IMG/VR virus record: IMGVR_UViG_3300029893_000001
Location: 124,001 to 188,000 of that record
DNA: 64,000 nt
Reading direction: 5' to 3' (one strand)
The notes beneath the pieces are model-generated. The model saw nothing but the letters and a program-made list of their open reading frames with translations. It searched no databases and had not been told where the DNA came from. Position 1 is the first letter of the stretch; the number at the start of each line of letters is the position of its first letter. Made by a program: the position numbers and the translations under genes. This document shows, one piece after another, positions 53,458 to 63,430 of the stretch.

Positions 53458-55628
53458 CCTTTCAGCTCTCCGTTCTTAAGAAGACCGACTGCGTCATCAA
53501 ACGAGACGATGTCGCGACGGTCGTCCTTTACAAGAACGAAGTTCTGTTCGCCAATGGCGAAGAAGCTGGGCTTTCCCTCGAAATATTCGTAGCCATCACA
53601 GGTGACGCAGCGACCTTTCGAATCAAAAAGCTCCGCGCCAGGAGGCAACGAGAAGAGATTAGTGATTTTATCCTTGGCGCTCCCATACTCCGCAGTCGGG
53701 AAGAGCTTCTTACCTCGAACAAACGCACGTGATGTTTCTAGTGTGTCAACGTGCAAAAGCCTTCCGCGTCCGCTAGGGGAGACAAGCGCAAGATACCCGC
53801 CAGGCACAACGCCGACAGCCGATACCAACCCAGTCGCACCCCGCATGACGTTGAAACTCGGACGTGAAGGCGGAGATACAAGTACAATCTTACCTTGAAG
53901 GTCGACCGCAGCGAGCACAACCGCAGCGTCGCTAATAAGCCCTACGGGGGTATGCGAACAAGATTCCTCGGTTAAGAAAGACAACGATAGTGTCTTGGCC
54001 TCGTTGTTTGACAGGACCGCGATAACAGAAGAGGTGCCTCGGGCAATCAATTCAAACTTGTGCCGTCTGCTGGGCTCCTTGTCCTGACGAGAGACCTTAT
54101 TACTTTGGACGATCACATACTTCTCAGACTCCTTAACTGCGAGCTTAGGAGTCGAAACGTCTGAAGCCAGTTTCATTTTTCTCTCATCGGAGAAACGTAC
54201 CAGCTCCTTCAAGTGACGGACGATTACCTGATCGATATTGTTTAGATCCTCCTTGATCGTCGCAATCTCAGAACGAATCTCAGCAATATTGCCTAGCTGA
54301 GACTGTTCATTCATCCTGGAAAGCTGGTGCACTTTCATATCCAATACAATCTGAGCTTGCTTCTCGGACACAGAAAGCGCTTCTGCCATACGCACTCGCA
54401 TGGCATCAAGATTCAGGTGTTTTTCCCTAAGTACCTCATACACCTTGTCTAGGTTCCGGATGGCCGCAAGGATCGCCTTGGCGCGAATAAGCTTGGCTTT
54501 CGAGAGCTTCAGTTCCCGGTGTAGACGGGCTGACTCGATTTCCCTACGGAAATCAAGGAATTCCTGAAACATCCGAAAGAGGCCACCCGCAAATAGGTTG
54601 TCCTCACCAATATCTGCCTCGTCGTCCGTGTTCCGCTTGACAACGTAGAATTGGTAGCTCTGGCTGGTATGCAGTTCCGGTAAGACTCTGTCTTTGATGA
54701 CAGTAGCATCTTTGATACCGATATAGATTCGAATGCCTTGTGCATTCGTCGCGTCAGAACAGTACTCGATTAGCCCCTCTTCCTGCAGCTTCCTCATCTT
54801 CGTGAGGAAATTAGCCATGTTAAATCCAGGAGCGAGGCTCTTGACGACTAAGACACTGCCCTTCTTTTTGTTGGTGTCAAATTCGTACTCACACCTAAAC
54901 TGAAGAGACCCCGCCCCGGATTCATAGAGGGCTTTTACTTCTTCGGGCGGCGATAGTAGAACACCATACCCATAGTCAGGACCGGGGAGGTGCTTAAGGA
55001 CAACGTCTAAGCTCGGATTCTCCCGAGTAATGTAGTAAATCAGAACCTTGATCAATTCGCGCAGATTATGCGGAGGAATCGATGTCCGTAAACCTACGCC
55101 AATTCCCGAAGACCCGTTTAGGAGCAAAAGCGGAATACGGGACGGCAAGACAAGAGGCTCTTGCCGATCGCCCGAATAGTTCGAGACAAATGTCGCAACA
55201 TCAATGTCCTGAAACAAGCCCTCAGCCAGCGGAGCCAGTCGCGCCTCGGTGTAGCGCATTGAAGCCGCTGAGTCCATAGCGGACCCAAAGTTACCGTGGC
55301 CTTCGATCAAGGGGTAGCGGTCGCTAGCCACCATGTTTACGAGAGCGTCATAAATCGCCTTGTCACCATGGGGGTGGAAGTTACCCATGGTGTCTCCGAC
55401 GATCTTTGCGCTCTTCTTAAATCCAGTCCCTTGTTTTCTTAGGGCGTGCAGCGCCCACAAAATACGCCGCTGCACTGGCTTAAGGCCGTCCCGCACATCC
55501 GGGACAGCACGATCCATTAACACGAAGGTGCCATACGTATGCATGGCACGACGAGAATACTCACCGAGAAGAATGTTTGTGATGGGGCCTAGAGAAGAGG
55601 AGGAAGTTCGCTTCTTCTTCACGATCAA
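53442..55628 (-). CDS. gyrA: type IIA topoisomerase subunit A (GyrA/ParC-like)
   Basis: RAVPDVRDGLKPVQRR, HPHGD, ASMRYTE, PPHNL. Confidence 0.9.
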   Translation of the reverse strand: MIVKKKRTSSSSLGPITNILLGEYSRRAMHTYGTFVLMDRAVPDVRDGLKPVQRRILWALHALRKQGTGFKKSAKIVGDTMGNFHPHGDKAIYDALVNMVASDRYPLIEGHGNFGSAMDSAASMRYTEARLAPLAEGLFQDIDVATFVSNYSGDRQEPLVLPSRIPLLLLNGSSGIGVGLRTSIPPHNLRELIKVLIYYITRENPSLDVVLKHLPGPDYGYGVLLSPPEEVKALYESGAGSLQFRCEYEFDTNKKKGSVLVVKSLAPGFNMANFLTKMRKLQEEGLIEYCSDATNAQGIRIYIGIKDATVIKDRVLPELHTSQSYQFYVVKRNTDDEADIGEDNLFAGGLFRMFQEFLDFRREIESARLHRELKLSKAKLIRAKAILAAIRNLDKVYEVLREKHLNLDAMRVRMAEALSVSEKQAQIVLDMKVHQLSRMNEQSQLGNIAEIRSEIATIKEDLNNIDQVIVRHLKELVRFSDERKMKLASDVSTPKLAVKESEKYVIVQSNKVSRQDKEPSRRHKFELIARGTSSVIAVLSNNEAKTLSLSFLTEESCSHTPVGLISDAAVVLAAVDLQGKIVLVSPPSRPSFNVMRGATGLVSAVGVVPGGYLALVSPSGRGRLLHVDTLETSRAFVRGKKLFPTAEYGSAKDKITNLFSLPPGAELFDSKGRCVTCDGYEYFEGKPSFFAIGEQNFVLVKDDRRDIVSFDDAVGLLKNGELKGCWIL

Positions 55629-55645
55629 GACCTTTGGGTAAAACG

Positions 55646-55718
55646 CGCGCCTGGGAGGATTCGAACCTCCGACCGTCAGCTTAGAAGGCTGCTGCTCTAT
55701 CCACTGAGCTACAGGCGC
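55646..55718 (-). tRNA. tRNA-Arg(TCT)
   Basis: GCGCCTG/CAGGCGC acceptor, CTTCTAA loop. Confidence 0.96.
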
Positions 55719-55759
55719 TTAATTTCTAAGTAGTCAAGGGAAGCAGAAATCTTGTCGCT

Positions 55760-56455
55760 TTACTGTTTCACCTGACGCGTAAGGCGATGTGCCTTGATTG
55801 CATCCAAGGTGTAGAAATCCTTGCTGATTCCTGAAGCTACCAAGAAGCAATCCACGTACGGCAGAAATTCCTCAACATTCTCAGGAGTGATGCCAGAAGC
55901 GACAGCAAGTCGAGCATGAGGACCGATAGCCTCTCGAATAATCCGAACCTTCTCAACAGCAGGAGCAGTTCCGGTCGCGATTCCTGACGTAGTCAAGACA
56001 TCAACGTGAGGAACAGCTAAACAAGCTTCTTGTGCAAGAGCGTCCCCGCGGAGGCCCTCCTCCGGCTGATGCTTGAACGCAACTCCACCAAACAACACCA
56101 AGCCTTCGTGTAGCCGATCCTTGAAGTCCTTCACCACCTCGGGGATGCTTTGGTCAGGATGCGTGTTTTTGTAATTGTCGGCCCAAATCATGGGAACCGC
56201 TAACCCTTCACGCTTCCCAAGCGTGTACGCCTGAGAAATACAGGTGCTTGTCGGATAGGCGAGCTGATTTATGCCCAGACTTAAGTGGGTCGCTCTCCTC
56301 ATTTGGAAGTAGATTTCCCACAATGTCTGTGGGGCCACTTCGCCGTGAGAAATCAGGAAAGCACCATCACACCCGGTCTCTTCCGCAATGCGAAGATTGT
56401 GCTCAGCTTGTGGGGCTGTCCTAACGTGAACAACGGCGAAGACTTGCTTGACCAC
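55760..56455 (-). CDS. BtpA/SgcQ-family TIM-barrel protein
   Basis: VVH, GVAFKH, TTSG.ATG, VASGITPENV; start GTG 56455 after GGAGG. Confidence 0.8.
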   Translation of the reverse strand: MVKQVFAVVHVRTAPQAEHNLRIAEETGCDGAFLISHGEVAPQTLWEIYFQMRRATHLSLGINQLAYPTSTCISQAYTLGKREGLAVPMIWADNYKNTHPDQSIPEVVKDFKDRLHEGLVLFGGVAFKHQPEEGLRGDALAQEACLAVPHVDVLTTSGIATGTAPAVEKVRIIREAIGPHARLAVASGITPENVEEFLPYVDCFLVASGISKDFYTLDAIKAHRLTRQVKQ

Positions 56456-56466
56456 GCTTTCCTCCA

Positions 56467-56538
56467 AGCCGACGGTGGGAATTGAACCCACGACCTCCGG
56501 TTTACGAAACCGATGCTCTACCTCTGAGCTACGTCGGC
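56467..56538 (-). tRNA. tRNA-Thr(CGT)
   Basis: GCCGACG/CGTCGGC acceptor, TTCGTAA loop. Confidence 0.95.
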
Positions 56539-56546
56539 TAGTTAAA

Positions 56547-56618
56547 AGCCTGTGGAGGGATTCGAACCCCCGACCGACTGCTTACAAGGCAGTTGCTCTA
56601 CCCCTGAGCTACACAGGC
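56547..56618 (-). tRNA. tRNA-Thr(TGT)
   Basis: GCCTGTG/CACAGGC acceptor, CTTGTAA loop. Confidence 0.95.
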
Positions 56619-56625
56619 AAACTGG

Positions 56626-56991
56626 TCAGCCGTCAACAGGCTCAAACCAGGAATAGTCAAAATCATCTGGAAGTACCTTCCGCTCAAACCAAAACTCATG
56701 CATAGCATGAATGAGGGCCGGTGTCATCTCATAACCGGAGGCATCTCCGATTACCGAATCAATCCCGCACTTTGGGCACAGCGCAGTCTCCTCCGGAATC
56801 GCGTTACGCCTCAACGGCTTGCCTTGGCGACCGTTGACCACCCAGTTCTTGATCTCCCCAGAGGAGAACTCTTCCTTGCAGTAAATACAATAGCAAGCCT
56901 GGCTGCGTTCGATCTCTGCCTTGTTATCGAAGGAATGCTTGTAAATCTCGTTGAGGGCTCCCTTAACAAGGACATAGGAATCCACGGTCAT
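56626..56991 (-). CDS. conserved small zinc-ribbon protein
   Basis: CYCIYC...TALCPKCGIDSVIGDASG. Confidence 0.75.
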   Translation of the reverse strand: MTVDSYVLVKGALNEIYKHSFDNKAEIERSQACYCIYCKEEFSSGEIKNWVVNGRQGKPLRRNAIPEETALCPKCGIDSVIGDASGYEMTPALIHAMHEFWFERKVLPDDFDYSWFEPVDG

Positions 56992-57010
56992 TTCGATACC
57001 TCCGGTCCTT

Positions 57011-57026
57011 AGTATCGACAGGGTTC
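57011..57026 (-). promoter_or_regulatory. phage promoter-like motif GAACCCTGTCGATACT
   Basis: Motif copy upstream of RBS and ATG 56991. Confidence 0.72.
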
Positions 57027-57669
57027 AGTTGTACAGTTCGCGCAGTAGATTTCGGTCTGCGTCTGTGAGACGCGGACGCGTGAGGCGATCCCCGTCTGGA
57101 CGCAACTCCCTGTACATAGCTGAATCGGCAAAATCATCGTGGGCCAATCCTAAGCAATGCCCTAGCTCGTGGACCAAAACCTTGTCGACCATTTCTGCCG
57201 TGCCGTTATTCCAAGTACGAATGACACAAGACAAGCGTCCGTGTTCTCGACGATGTGACGCGTCCCCACCTACGTCACTCATATTGGGATCACCAACAAC
57301 CTGAGTGGTCTCGAAATCAATCCTAATCTCCGAAGAAGGATCGCTGGACACCCTTAGTGCAGTAAACCCGACTCTGGAGTTAATTAGATCTACGGCACTC
57401 TGCGCTGCCTGATGGGGATTTGTTGGAGGATTGGGGTTACTGCTCACCACAAAGACGTCAAGGGGAAGCTGTGAACGCTCCCACTCAACAGGATAACACT
57501 CACCCTGATAGTTCAGGACTCCTGATGGAGTATCACACGCTGTCAGCAACCCAGACTCTCGATGAGTCAGAATCCCGATAGGCAAAAGGACAGCGACCGC
57601 AAGAAAGAGCAAAGCAAGTCCAACGATCATTACTTTGCCTCCGGTGTCAAGCTTCTTATACCATTCCAT
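57025..57669 (-). CDS. membrane-anchored matrixin (M10) metalloprotease
   Basis: HELGHCLGLAH plus SAMY Met-turn; N-terminal TM helix. Confidence 0.88.
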   Translation of the reverse strand: MEWYKKLDTGGKVMIVGLALLFLAVAVLLPIGILTHRESGLLTACDTPSGVLNYQGECYPVEWERSQLPLDVFVVSSNPNPPTNPHQAAQSAVDLINSRVGFTALRVSSDPSSEIRIDFETTQVVGDPNMSDVGGDASHRREHGRLSCVIRTWNNGTAEMVDKVLVHELGHCLGLAHDDFADSAMYRELRPDGDRLTRPRLTDADRNLLRELYN

Positions 57670-57677
57670 ATGTCCTC

Positions 57678-59525
57678 CTAAGACAGGCCAAGCAAGGTCT
57701 TTCTTGCTGACGAGTCAGATCCCATCAGTGACAAAATGATCTCTTTGTCGTTAGGACCCAGCGAAATCTTCCACAGTTTACGACTAGCTGGATCCATAGC
57801 ATAATAGCGAAGTTCTTCAGCACTTGCTTCCCCGTGTCCCTTCAGGCGGGAAACCTGAAGCTGAGAAGCCGGCCTTCCGGAAAGAGACTCCAACTCCTGA
57901 AGGTTGTGGGCGTACCATCTCTGGTCCTTGTACACTCCTACGTACAAAGGACTGTTTACGACATAAAGGTATCCCTTCCGAACGAAATCTGTCAGCCAAG
58001 TGCAGAAGAATGTCAAAACCAAACTAGCAATGTGCGATCCATCCGGGTCGGCGTCCATCAGAAGAAGAACCTTACCAACTCGAACGTTCGACAGGTCAAC
58101 GTCCTTACCTCGGGGGCCCAACTGCACGCCAGTAGCCTTCAAGACCGCAGCGAATTCAGTATTCTGAAGCAGCTTGTCTGGTGAGGACTGAACGGCGTTA
58201 GGGATTTTCCCCTTCAAGGGCAACACTTCTTGATAATCGGGGTCCCTAGCCACCTTGGCGTTACCGCCCGCGGAATCTCCCTCGACAATAAAAAGCTCCC
58301 GATCCTCGGGACGGCAATGCATCGCCTCCACCAATTTGTCAGGTAAAACGCCTCTGGCATCCTTCTTCGTCGAAGTTTGATTGATGACACTACGTAGCTT
58401 TTTATAGCTGTCTCGGGCCTTCTTGATCTGAATAGCGCGAGCGACGATTTTCTCTGCAAGCTTTTTGTTCTGGTCAAAGAATGACTTGAGCTGTGGGTAC
58501 ACGACACCGTATACTTCGTCGCGTACCTCTGCGTTCAGGAGCTTGTCTTTCGTCTGGCTCTTAAATTGAGGCTCAGTTACGAGGACTTGAACTGCAGCGT
58601 AGAGACCATCGACCAGGTCTCTCACATCAACTGCCTTCTTCTTCGCGTAAGGACCGAGTACGTCCGATATCGCGCGCATGGCGCCATCGACATGCTTACC
58701 GCCTTCAGGCGTGGAGCTAGCATTACAGGCGCTAAACCAATTCTCGCCCTCTTCTTCTGTCCAGAGGAAGGCTGCAGATACCTTCCTGTCCTTACTCTCC
58801 AACACAATAGGTTCATGAAGAACCTTAGCTGCGTGCGCCCGGACTTGAACAAGACGCGATAAGCCCTTACTCTCGAAGCAATGATCCTTCCCATCCACTA
58901 AAAGGCGGATTTTGAGACCGGGACAAAGATGACTGGTCTCTTCAAGCCACTGCTTCGTTCGGTCTAGATCGATTTTGTGGCTACCGAAAATTTGAGGGTC
59001 CGGACGAAAGCAAACCTCTGTTCCCGTACGCCCTCGCTTGTTCAGAGCCTTGTTAATTTTAGGCTCCTTTGTCTGAATCTGACCGCGTTCAAATCTCTGC
59101 TCGTAACAAATTCCTGAACGCCACACCCGCGCAAGAAGCCACTCACTCAGTGCGTTCGTTGCCTTCAGTCCTACACCATGAAGGCCAGCAGACACTGCAT
59201 ACGATTGCTTCTCAAATTTGCCTCCGGCCTGAAGATTGGTGAAAACCGTAATGAGCGTGCTCTCGCCGGTTTTCTTGTGTCTTTCTACAGGAATTCCGCG
59301 TCCGTCATCCAACACACGAAACGTATTCTCTTTCGTATCAACCTCGACCTCAATTAGGGTCGCATGACCTGCAAGCCACTCGTCGATTGAATTATCGACG
59401 ACTTCCTTGAGGATATGCCTAATTCCGTCCGAATCCTGGCTTCCGATGTACATTCCAGGACGCTTCCGTACATGCTCCAGATCTTCCAGGACCTGGATTG
59501 CATCGGCTCCGTAAGACTTCGTCAT
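57678..59525 (-). CDS. gyrB: type IIA topoisomerase subunit B (GyrB/ParE-like)
   Basis: HVRKRPGMYIG, EVVDNSIDE, DDGRGIP, GLHGVG, VEGDSA, PLKGK, DADPDG. Confidence 0.92.
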   Translation of the reverse strand: MTKSYGADAIQVLEDLEHVRKRPGMYIGSQDSDGIRHILKEVVDNSIDEWLAGHATLIEVEVDTKENTFRVLDDGRGIPVERHKKTGESTLITVFTNLQAGGKFEKQSYAVSAGLHGVGLKATNALSEWLLARVWRSGICYEQRFERGQIQTKEPKINKALNKRGRTGTEVCFRPDPQIFGSHKIDLDRTKQWLEETSHLCPGLKIRLLVDGKDHCFESKGLSRLVQVRAHAAKVLHEPIVLESKDRKVSAAFLWTEEEGENWFSACNASSTPEGGKHVDGAMRAISDVLGPYAKKKAVDVRDLVDGLYAAVQVLVTEPQFKSQTKDKLLNAEVRDEVYGVVYPQLKSFFDQNKKLAEKIVARAIQIKKARDSYKKLRSVINQTSTKKDARGVLPDKLVEAMHCRPEDRELFIVEGDSAGGNAKVARDPDYQEVLPLKGKIPNAVQSSPDKLLQNTEFAAVLKATGVQLGPRGKDVDLSNVRVGKVLLLMDADPDGSHIASLVLTFFCTWLTDFVRKGYLYVVNSPLYVGVYKDQRWYAHNLQELESLSGRPASQLQVSRLKGHGEASAEELRYYAMDPASRKLWKISLGPNDKEIILSLMGSDSSARKTLLGLS

Positions 59526-59533
59526 CGAAACTC

Positions 59534-60103
59534 CTAGAGGTGGGCCTTTATACGCTCAAGAACCCGTTCAGCCCAAATGCGATACGAATAAAACCTGAAA
59601 TGCACGCCGTCAGGGGCATGCAAAAGATCCTCAGTATCGACACGGCTGTTTACCCACTCGACAGTAAGAGGCAACAGCATGGCTTGTCCGTGAGAAGCGA
59701 GTCGATGTCGCTCGTCTACCGCAGGGTGCCTAGAAACTGGAGGACCTAGCCAAACAACGTCGGCAGAACCTACCTGTTGTAGAATCCATTCCAACTCGTC
59801 CAGGTACGAGGAAGAGCGAGTCACTCTCGATCGATCATTACCACCAAGCGAAACTATTACCAAATCGGCTCCCTGAATTCGACGCCGCAAAAGCGAACCC
59901 GAACGTCTGTACGACCGACACGACCATCCCCGTCGTGCGACAACGTGTACAGTGTGACCCTGAGAAGTCAAGGCAGAACGTAGATAAGGCGCCAGTCCTT
60001 CCATATGAGAGTCACCTACCAACGCGATGTCCAAAGCAACAGCACGAACAGGAGCCAACAACAGCGCGAGAGCAATAAGTAGCGAGGACAACGGAGACCA
60101 CAT
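59534..60103 (-). CDS. secreted SGNH/GDSL hydrolase
   Basis: Signal peptide, GDSH, GGND, DGVH. Confidence 0.85.
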   Translation of the reverse strand: MWSPLSSLLIALALLLAPVRAVALDIALVGDSHMEGLAPYLRSALTSQGHTVHVVARRGWSCRSYRRSGSLLRRRIQGADLVIVSLGGNDRSRVTRSSSYLDELEWILQQVGSADVVWLGPPVSRHPAVDERHRLASHGQAMLLPLTVEWVNSRVDTEDLLHAPDGVHFRFYSYRIWAERVLERIKAHL

Positions 60104-60104
60104 T

Positions 60105-60120
60105 ACTATCAGCAGGGTTC
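60105..60120 (-). promoter_or_regulatory. phage promoter-like motif GAACCCTGCTGATAGT
   Basis: Motif copy at a gene junction. Confidence 0.6.
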
Positions 60121-60499
60121 AAGCGGTGAAGACATTTTTGCTGCGGAGGCCCAAGATGTCTCGTAAATACTGAATGTGCAAAAGACCAAATCCCGGCTCT
60201 GATTCATATGACAATACTCCCTTCACGTCAGAAAGGAAACAGTCAGCGAAATTAAGGTCTTTGGGGTCTATGGTGTCCAGCAAAATCAGAAGAGCTGTGA
60301 CAACGCTGAGAGGATGGCATTCTCTATGAAACGTCACCCAAATTTGGGAAGGCTCATCGGAGTACAAAACAGCACAATTAGGGGCAATCCCCACAATGAG
60401 TTTGTCATCCTCTATCGTGATCTGATAATCCGATCTCGCACGAAGTTGCTCCGCAAAGGTCAACAGCCTAGGATCAAGTTCTAGCTCGGGAGTGCTCAT
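60119..60499 (-). CDS. hypothetical protein
   Basis: GGAGG RBS; ORF. Confidence 0.65.
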   Translation of the reverse strand: MSTPELELDPRLLTFAEQLRARSDYQITIEDDKLIVGIAPNCAVLYSDEPSQIWVTFHRECHPLSVVTALLILLDTIDPKDLNFADCFLSDVKGVLSYESEPGFGLLHIQYLRDILGLRSKNVFTA

Positions 60500-60526
60500 C
60501 GGTCTTCCTCCCCTCTAGATAGGGCA

Positions 60527-63412
60527 TCAGGCAGCATTTGCTAGCAACTCTGGATTCTGGAAGCAGGTCTCGCGCCGAGCAATTGCGTTCCATGGCGTAC
60601 CAGATTTTAGCTCCTTATCCCACGAAGCACACTTTTCGACAATTCCAGGAAGTTTTGCTTCAACACCATCAAACCCGAGCATGTGTCCCCACCGAACACC
60701 GAGATCAAAGTCGATCTCCATCGGAACAATCATATCGATTCCAAACTCCTGCTTCAAGAAATCAGGAATTGAATCGACCATCATCTCCTTGAATAACCAG
60801 ATTGCTTCTTGGATCATCTCGAAATCTAGAGGAACCTCAAGAGTGATTGCGTCGTGAACACAGTTGATGACGTAAAAGGGTCGCCCATTCTCCTCAATCC
60901 AATTTTGGATTCGCCAGGCTGCCAACGCCGTAGTGTCCGATGACACCGCCTGAATCGGTGAATTTCGCGCCCTGCGGCGGCCGGCACCCTCATCCAACTC
61001 AAACAAGTCACTAAGGTGACGCCGCCGACCCATCGGGGTCTGCACTATTCCTGTAAGGAGAGCCTGCTTTTCGATTTCCGTGAGCCACTTTCCAGCCTTC
61101 GGGAATTCCTTTACGAACGTCTCCTGGAGAGCAAGTGCCTCGTCTGGGTCGATACCAAGAATTGAAGCGAGCGTCTTGTAGTGCTGCCCATAAATAGATC
61201 CGAAGCAGAGGGCCTTCGCCTTCTGCCGGATATCCTTCGTTACGTCGGCCAACGCCAAGCGGAACATCAGGGAGGCGACCTTCTTGTGAATATCACACTC
61301 CAATTTCACACGCTTGCCTAGATCTGCGTCGCCAGTACGCTGATACTCCTCTCGCAAAGCCTTCATCTCAGCAAAAAGCTTGGCGTATTGCTTGTCGCCG
61401 GATATTTGGGCCCACCACCTAACTTCTGCCTGACCGTAATCGCACTCGATCAAAACATATCCGGGACGTGCTCCATACATCGAACGAATGAAGGCTTTAG
61501 CCGTCCACGGGTCGCCTTTAGGAAGCTGCTGCAGATTCGGGTCAGAACTCGATAGCCGTCCAGTAACAGTTCGAATGGCGTGGAAACCAGCATGAATACG
61601 CCCGTCGGCAGAGTTATCAGGCTTCGAATAGAGAATGTCATCAATACTGTTGAGGTACGAGGTTTGTAGCTTGTACAGACCGCTGTACTCCTGATATAGT
61701 GAAACTAGGTTATGACCCTTGTACTCCTCAAAGTACTGCTTGTTGATAGAAGCTTTCCCGTCCTTACCCCGGTTTAGAGGCTCTAGCCTACAGCTATCAA
61801 CGAATAAATGGATCCGGTGAAGCCTCTTATTGATGTCCAACACCCAGGGCTTCTTCCCGAACAAGGGCCTCATGCCCTTAGTTCGAGAATCCTCGCCTAA
61901 CAAAATGTCGTTGGCCTTCTTTGCTTCTGCGCTTGCATAGATTTGAGTTGGTATCTCCTCCAGGCGAGAAATGATGGGAGACTCGTCTGACTGAAGATAA
62001 GCAAGCTGATCCGGATCCACGGCAAAACCGTTCATTGACATCTTGGTCAAGAGCGGAGAAATCCGGCCATACCACCGAAGTGCGAACCGAAGAGCGCCAT
62101 CGTAGCCCTGTCGCTCTAACCAACGCCTGTAGAAGTAAAACAAGCGGAAGGTGATGTAAGCATCAGTTCCACCGTATTCAGCCAAACGGTCGAGAGACAG
62201 CTCCCAAAGACTGCCTCCGTTCGCGCCGTGGCGGGCCGCCATGGCATCAGAAAGCTCTGTATCATAGAGATAGAACCCTAAGTGCTCTCGGGCCAAATCC
62301 TTGAGACGAAAAGCATTGAAGTCCTTCTTGCCCTTAGAGCCGTCGTCCTCGCCGGCCTGGTTCTCATCCTGCAGGTACGCCAAGAACTGAGTGTCAATGA
62401 CAGGCTTTCCGAATGTCTTGACTCGCAGAAATTTCAGAGCAATTGATATATCGAACTGAGAGTTGTGCGCGATCCAAAAAGGGAACTTAGATGCCCTGGA
62501 GGAGAACAGCTTGAACAGCGCCTTCTTGACGTGCCTCTTCTCTTCTTTGGTAGTCCACGGAGCACCCCAGTGGTCTACGGGAAAAACGTAAGCAAGATCA
62601 GAATCTGCCGAAAGCTGCAGAGTGGCGATTTTGTTCTTTGCCACCCTATTCAAGTTTCTGGTTTCAAAGTCGAACGCAACCGGATGTGTGCACTCGTTCA
62701 TGAAATAGTTGACTGCTTTGTCAACCTTCTCCAGAGTATCACATACGACTACGCGACCCTTACGAGACCACTTCGTCTCCTCTCCCGTTAAAAGCCTGTG
62801 GACGGACTTGATATGGCGAAAGAATCTCCGCTTCTCAGGGCCGTTGTTCGATCGGAGGTAGGCACCGTTGTTCGATCGGAGGTAGGCAGAAGGATGGACC
62901 GTAGCAAGATGAATTCGACCGTTTTTCTCGTAAATCTGGCCCTTGATGGAGCCGATCTTCTTGCCCTTCCATTCAGGGTTGGTAGAAAGCGCCTGAACGG
63001 CTTGATTTCCAACAAAAACTACAATCTTAGGATTGAGTTGCTCAATGTCTTTCTTTATGTAATTCGAGCAGGCTGCCACCTCTTCAATTGTTGGTGGTCG
63101 ATTATTGCCGCTGTCATCCACGGGCCGACAACGAACGGTATTGCCAATAGCATAGGAGTCTGAAACTCCAGCCTTAGAGAGCGCAGCTCGTAGCTCCGCA
63201 CCCGACTCGCCAGCAAAAGGGTAGCCAACTTGGTCTTCTGTTCGTCCTGGAGCCTCCCCTACGAACAGGATATCGACTTTGGGTGTCTCACCGTCTTCGC
63301 CGACGTCGTTGTAGACGACATCAGTAGGCACGTAAGTAGTACGGTGGCGTTTATCGCGGAAGAGGGGACAGCCTTGGCAGAAGTCCTGCTCTTGACGTAG
63401 CAGAGCACGCAT
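60527..63412 (-). CDS. polA: family A DNA polymerase with N-terminal family-4 uracil-DNA glycosylase and 3'-5' exonuclease (SPO1-type architecture)
   Basis: GEAPG, VRCRP, HPS (UDG); FDFET (exonuclease); TGRLSS.PNLQ, DYGQAE, R..AK...FG..YG, VHDA. Confidence 0.95.
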   Translation of the reverse strand: MRALLRQEQDFCQGCPLFRDKRHRTTYVPTDVVYNDVGEDGETPKVDILFVGEAPGRTEDQVGYPFAGESGAELRAALSKAGVSDSYAIGNTVRCRPVDDSGNNRPPTIEEVAACSNYIKKDIEQLNPKIVVFVGNQAVQALSTNPEWKGKKIGSIKGQIYEKNGRIHLATVHPSAYLRSNNGAYLRSNNGPEKRRFFRHIKSVHRLLTGEETKWSRKGRVVVCDTLEKVDKAVNYFMNECTHPVAFDFETRNLNRVAKNKIATLQLSADSDLAYVFPVDHWGAPWTTKEEKRHVKKALFKLFSSRASKFPFWIAHNSQFDISIALKFLRVKTFGKPVIDTQFLAYLQDENQAGEDDGSKGKKDFNAFRLKDLAREHLGFYLYDTELSDAMAARHGANGGSLWELSLDRLAEYGGTDAYITFRLFYFYRRWLERQGYDGALRFALRWYGRISPLLTKMSMNGFAVDPDQLAYLQSDESPIISRLEEIPTQIYASAEAKKANDILLGEDSRTKGMRPLFGKKPWVLDINKRLHRIHLFVDSCRLEPLNRGKDGKASINKQYFEEYKGHNLVSLYQEYSGLYKLQTSYLNSIDDILYSKPDNSADGRIHAGFHAIRTVTGRLSSSDPNLQQLPKGDPWTAKAFIRSMYGARPGYVLIECDYGQAEVRWWAQISGDKQYAKLFAEMKALREEYQRTGDADLGKRVKLECDIHKKVASLMFRLALADVTKDIRQKAKALCFGSIYGQHYKTLASILGIDPDEALALQETFVKEFPKAGKWLTEIEKQALLTGIVQTPMGRRRHLSDLFELDEGAGRRRARNSPIQAVSSDTTALAAWRIQNWIEENGRPFYVINCVHDAITLEVPLDFEMIQEAIWLFKEMMVDSIPDFLKQEFGIDMIVPMEIDFDLGVRWGHMLGFDGVEAKLPGIVEKCASWDKELKSGTPWNAIARRETCFQNPELLANAA
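62841..62888. repeat. 24-bp perfect tandem duplication (AYLRSNNG x2)
   Basis: ccgttgttcgatcggaggtaggca occurs twice in tandem. Confidence 0.9.
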
Positions 63413-63430
63413 CGCGTGACCTTTACATGG

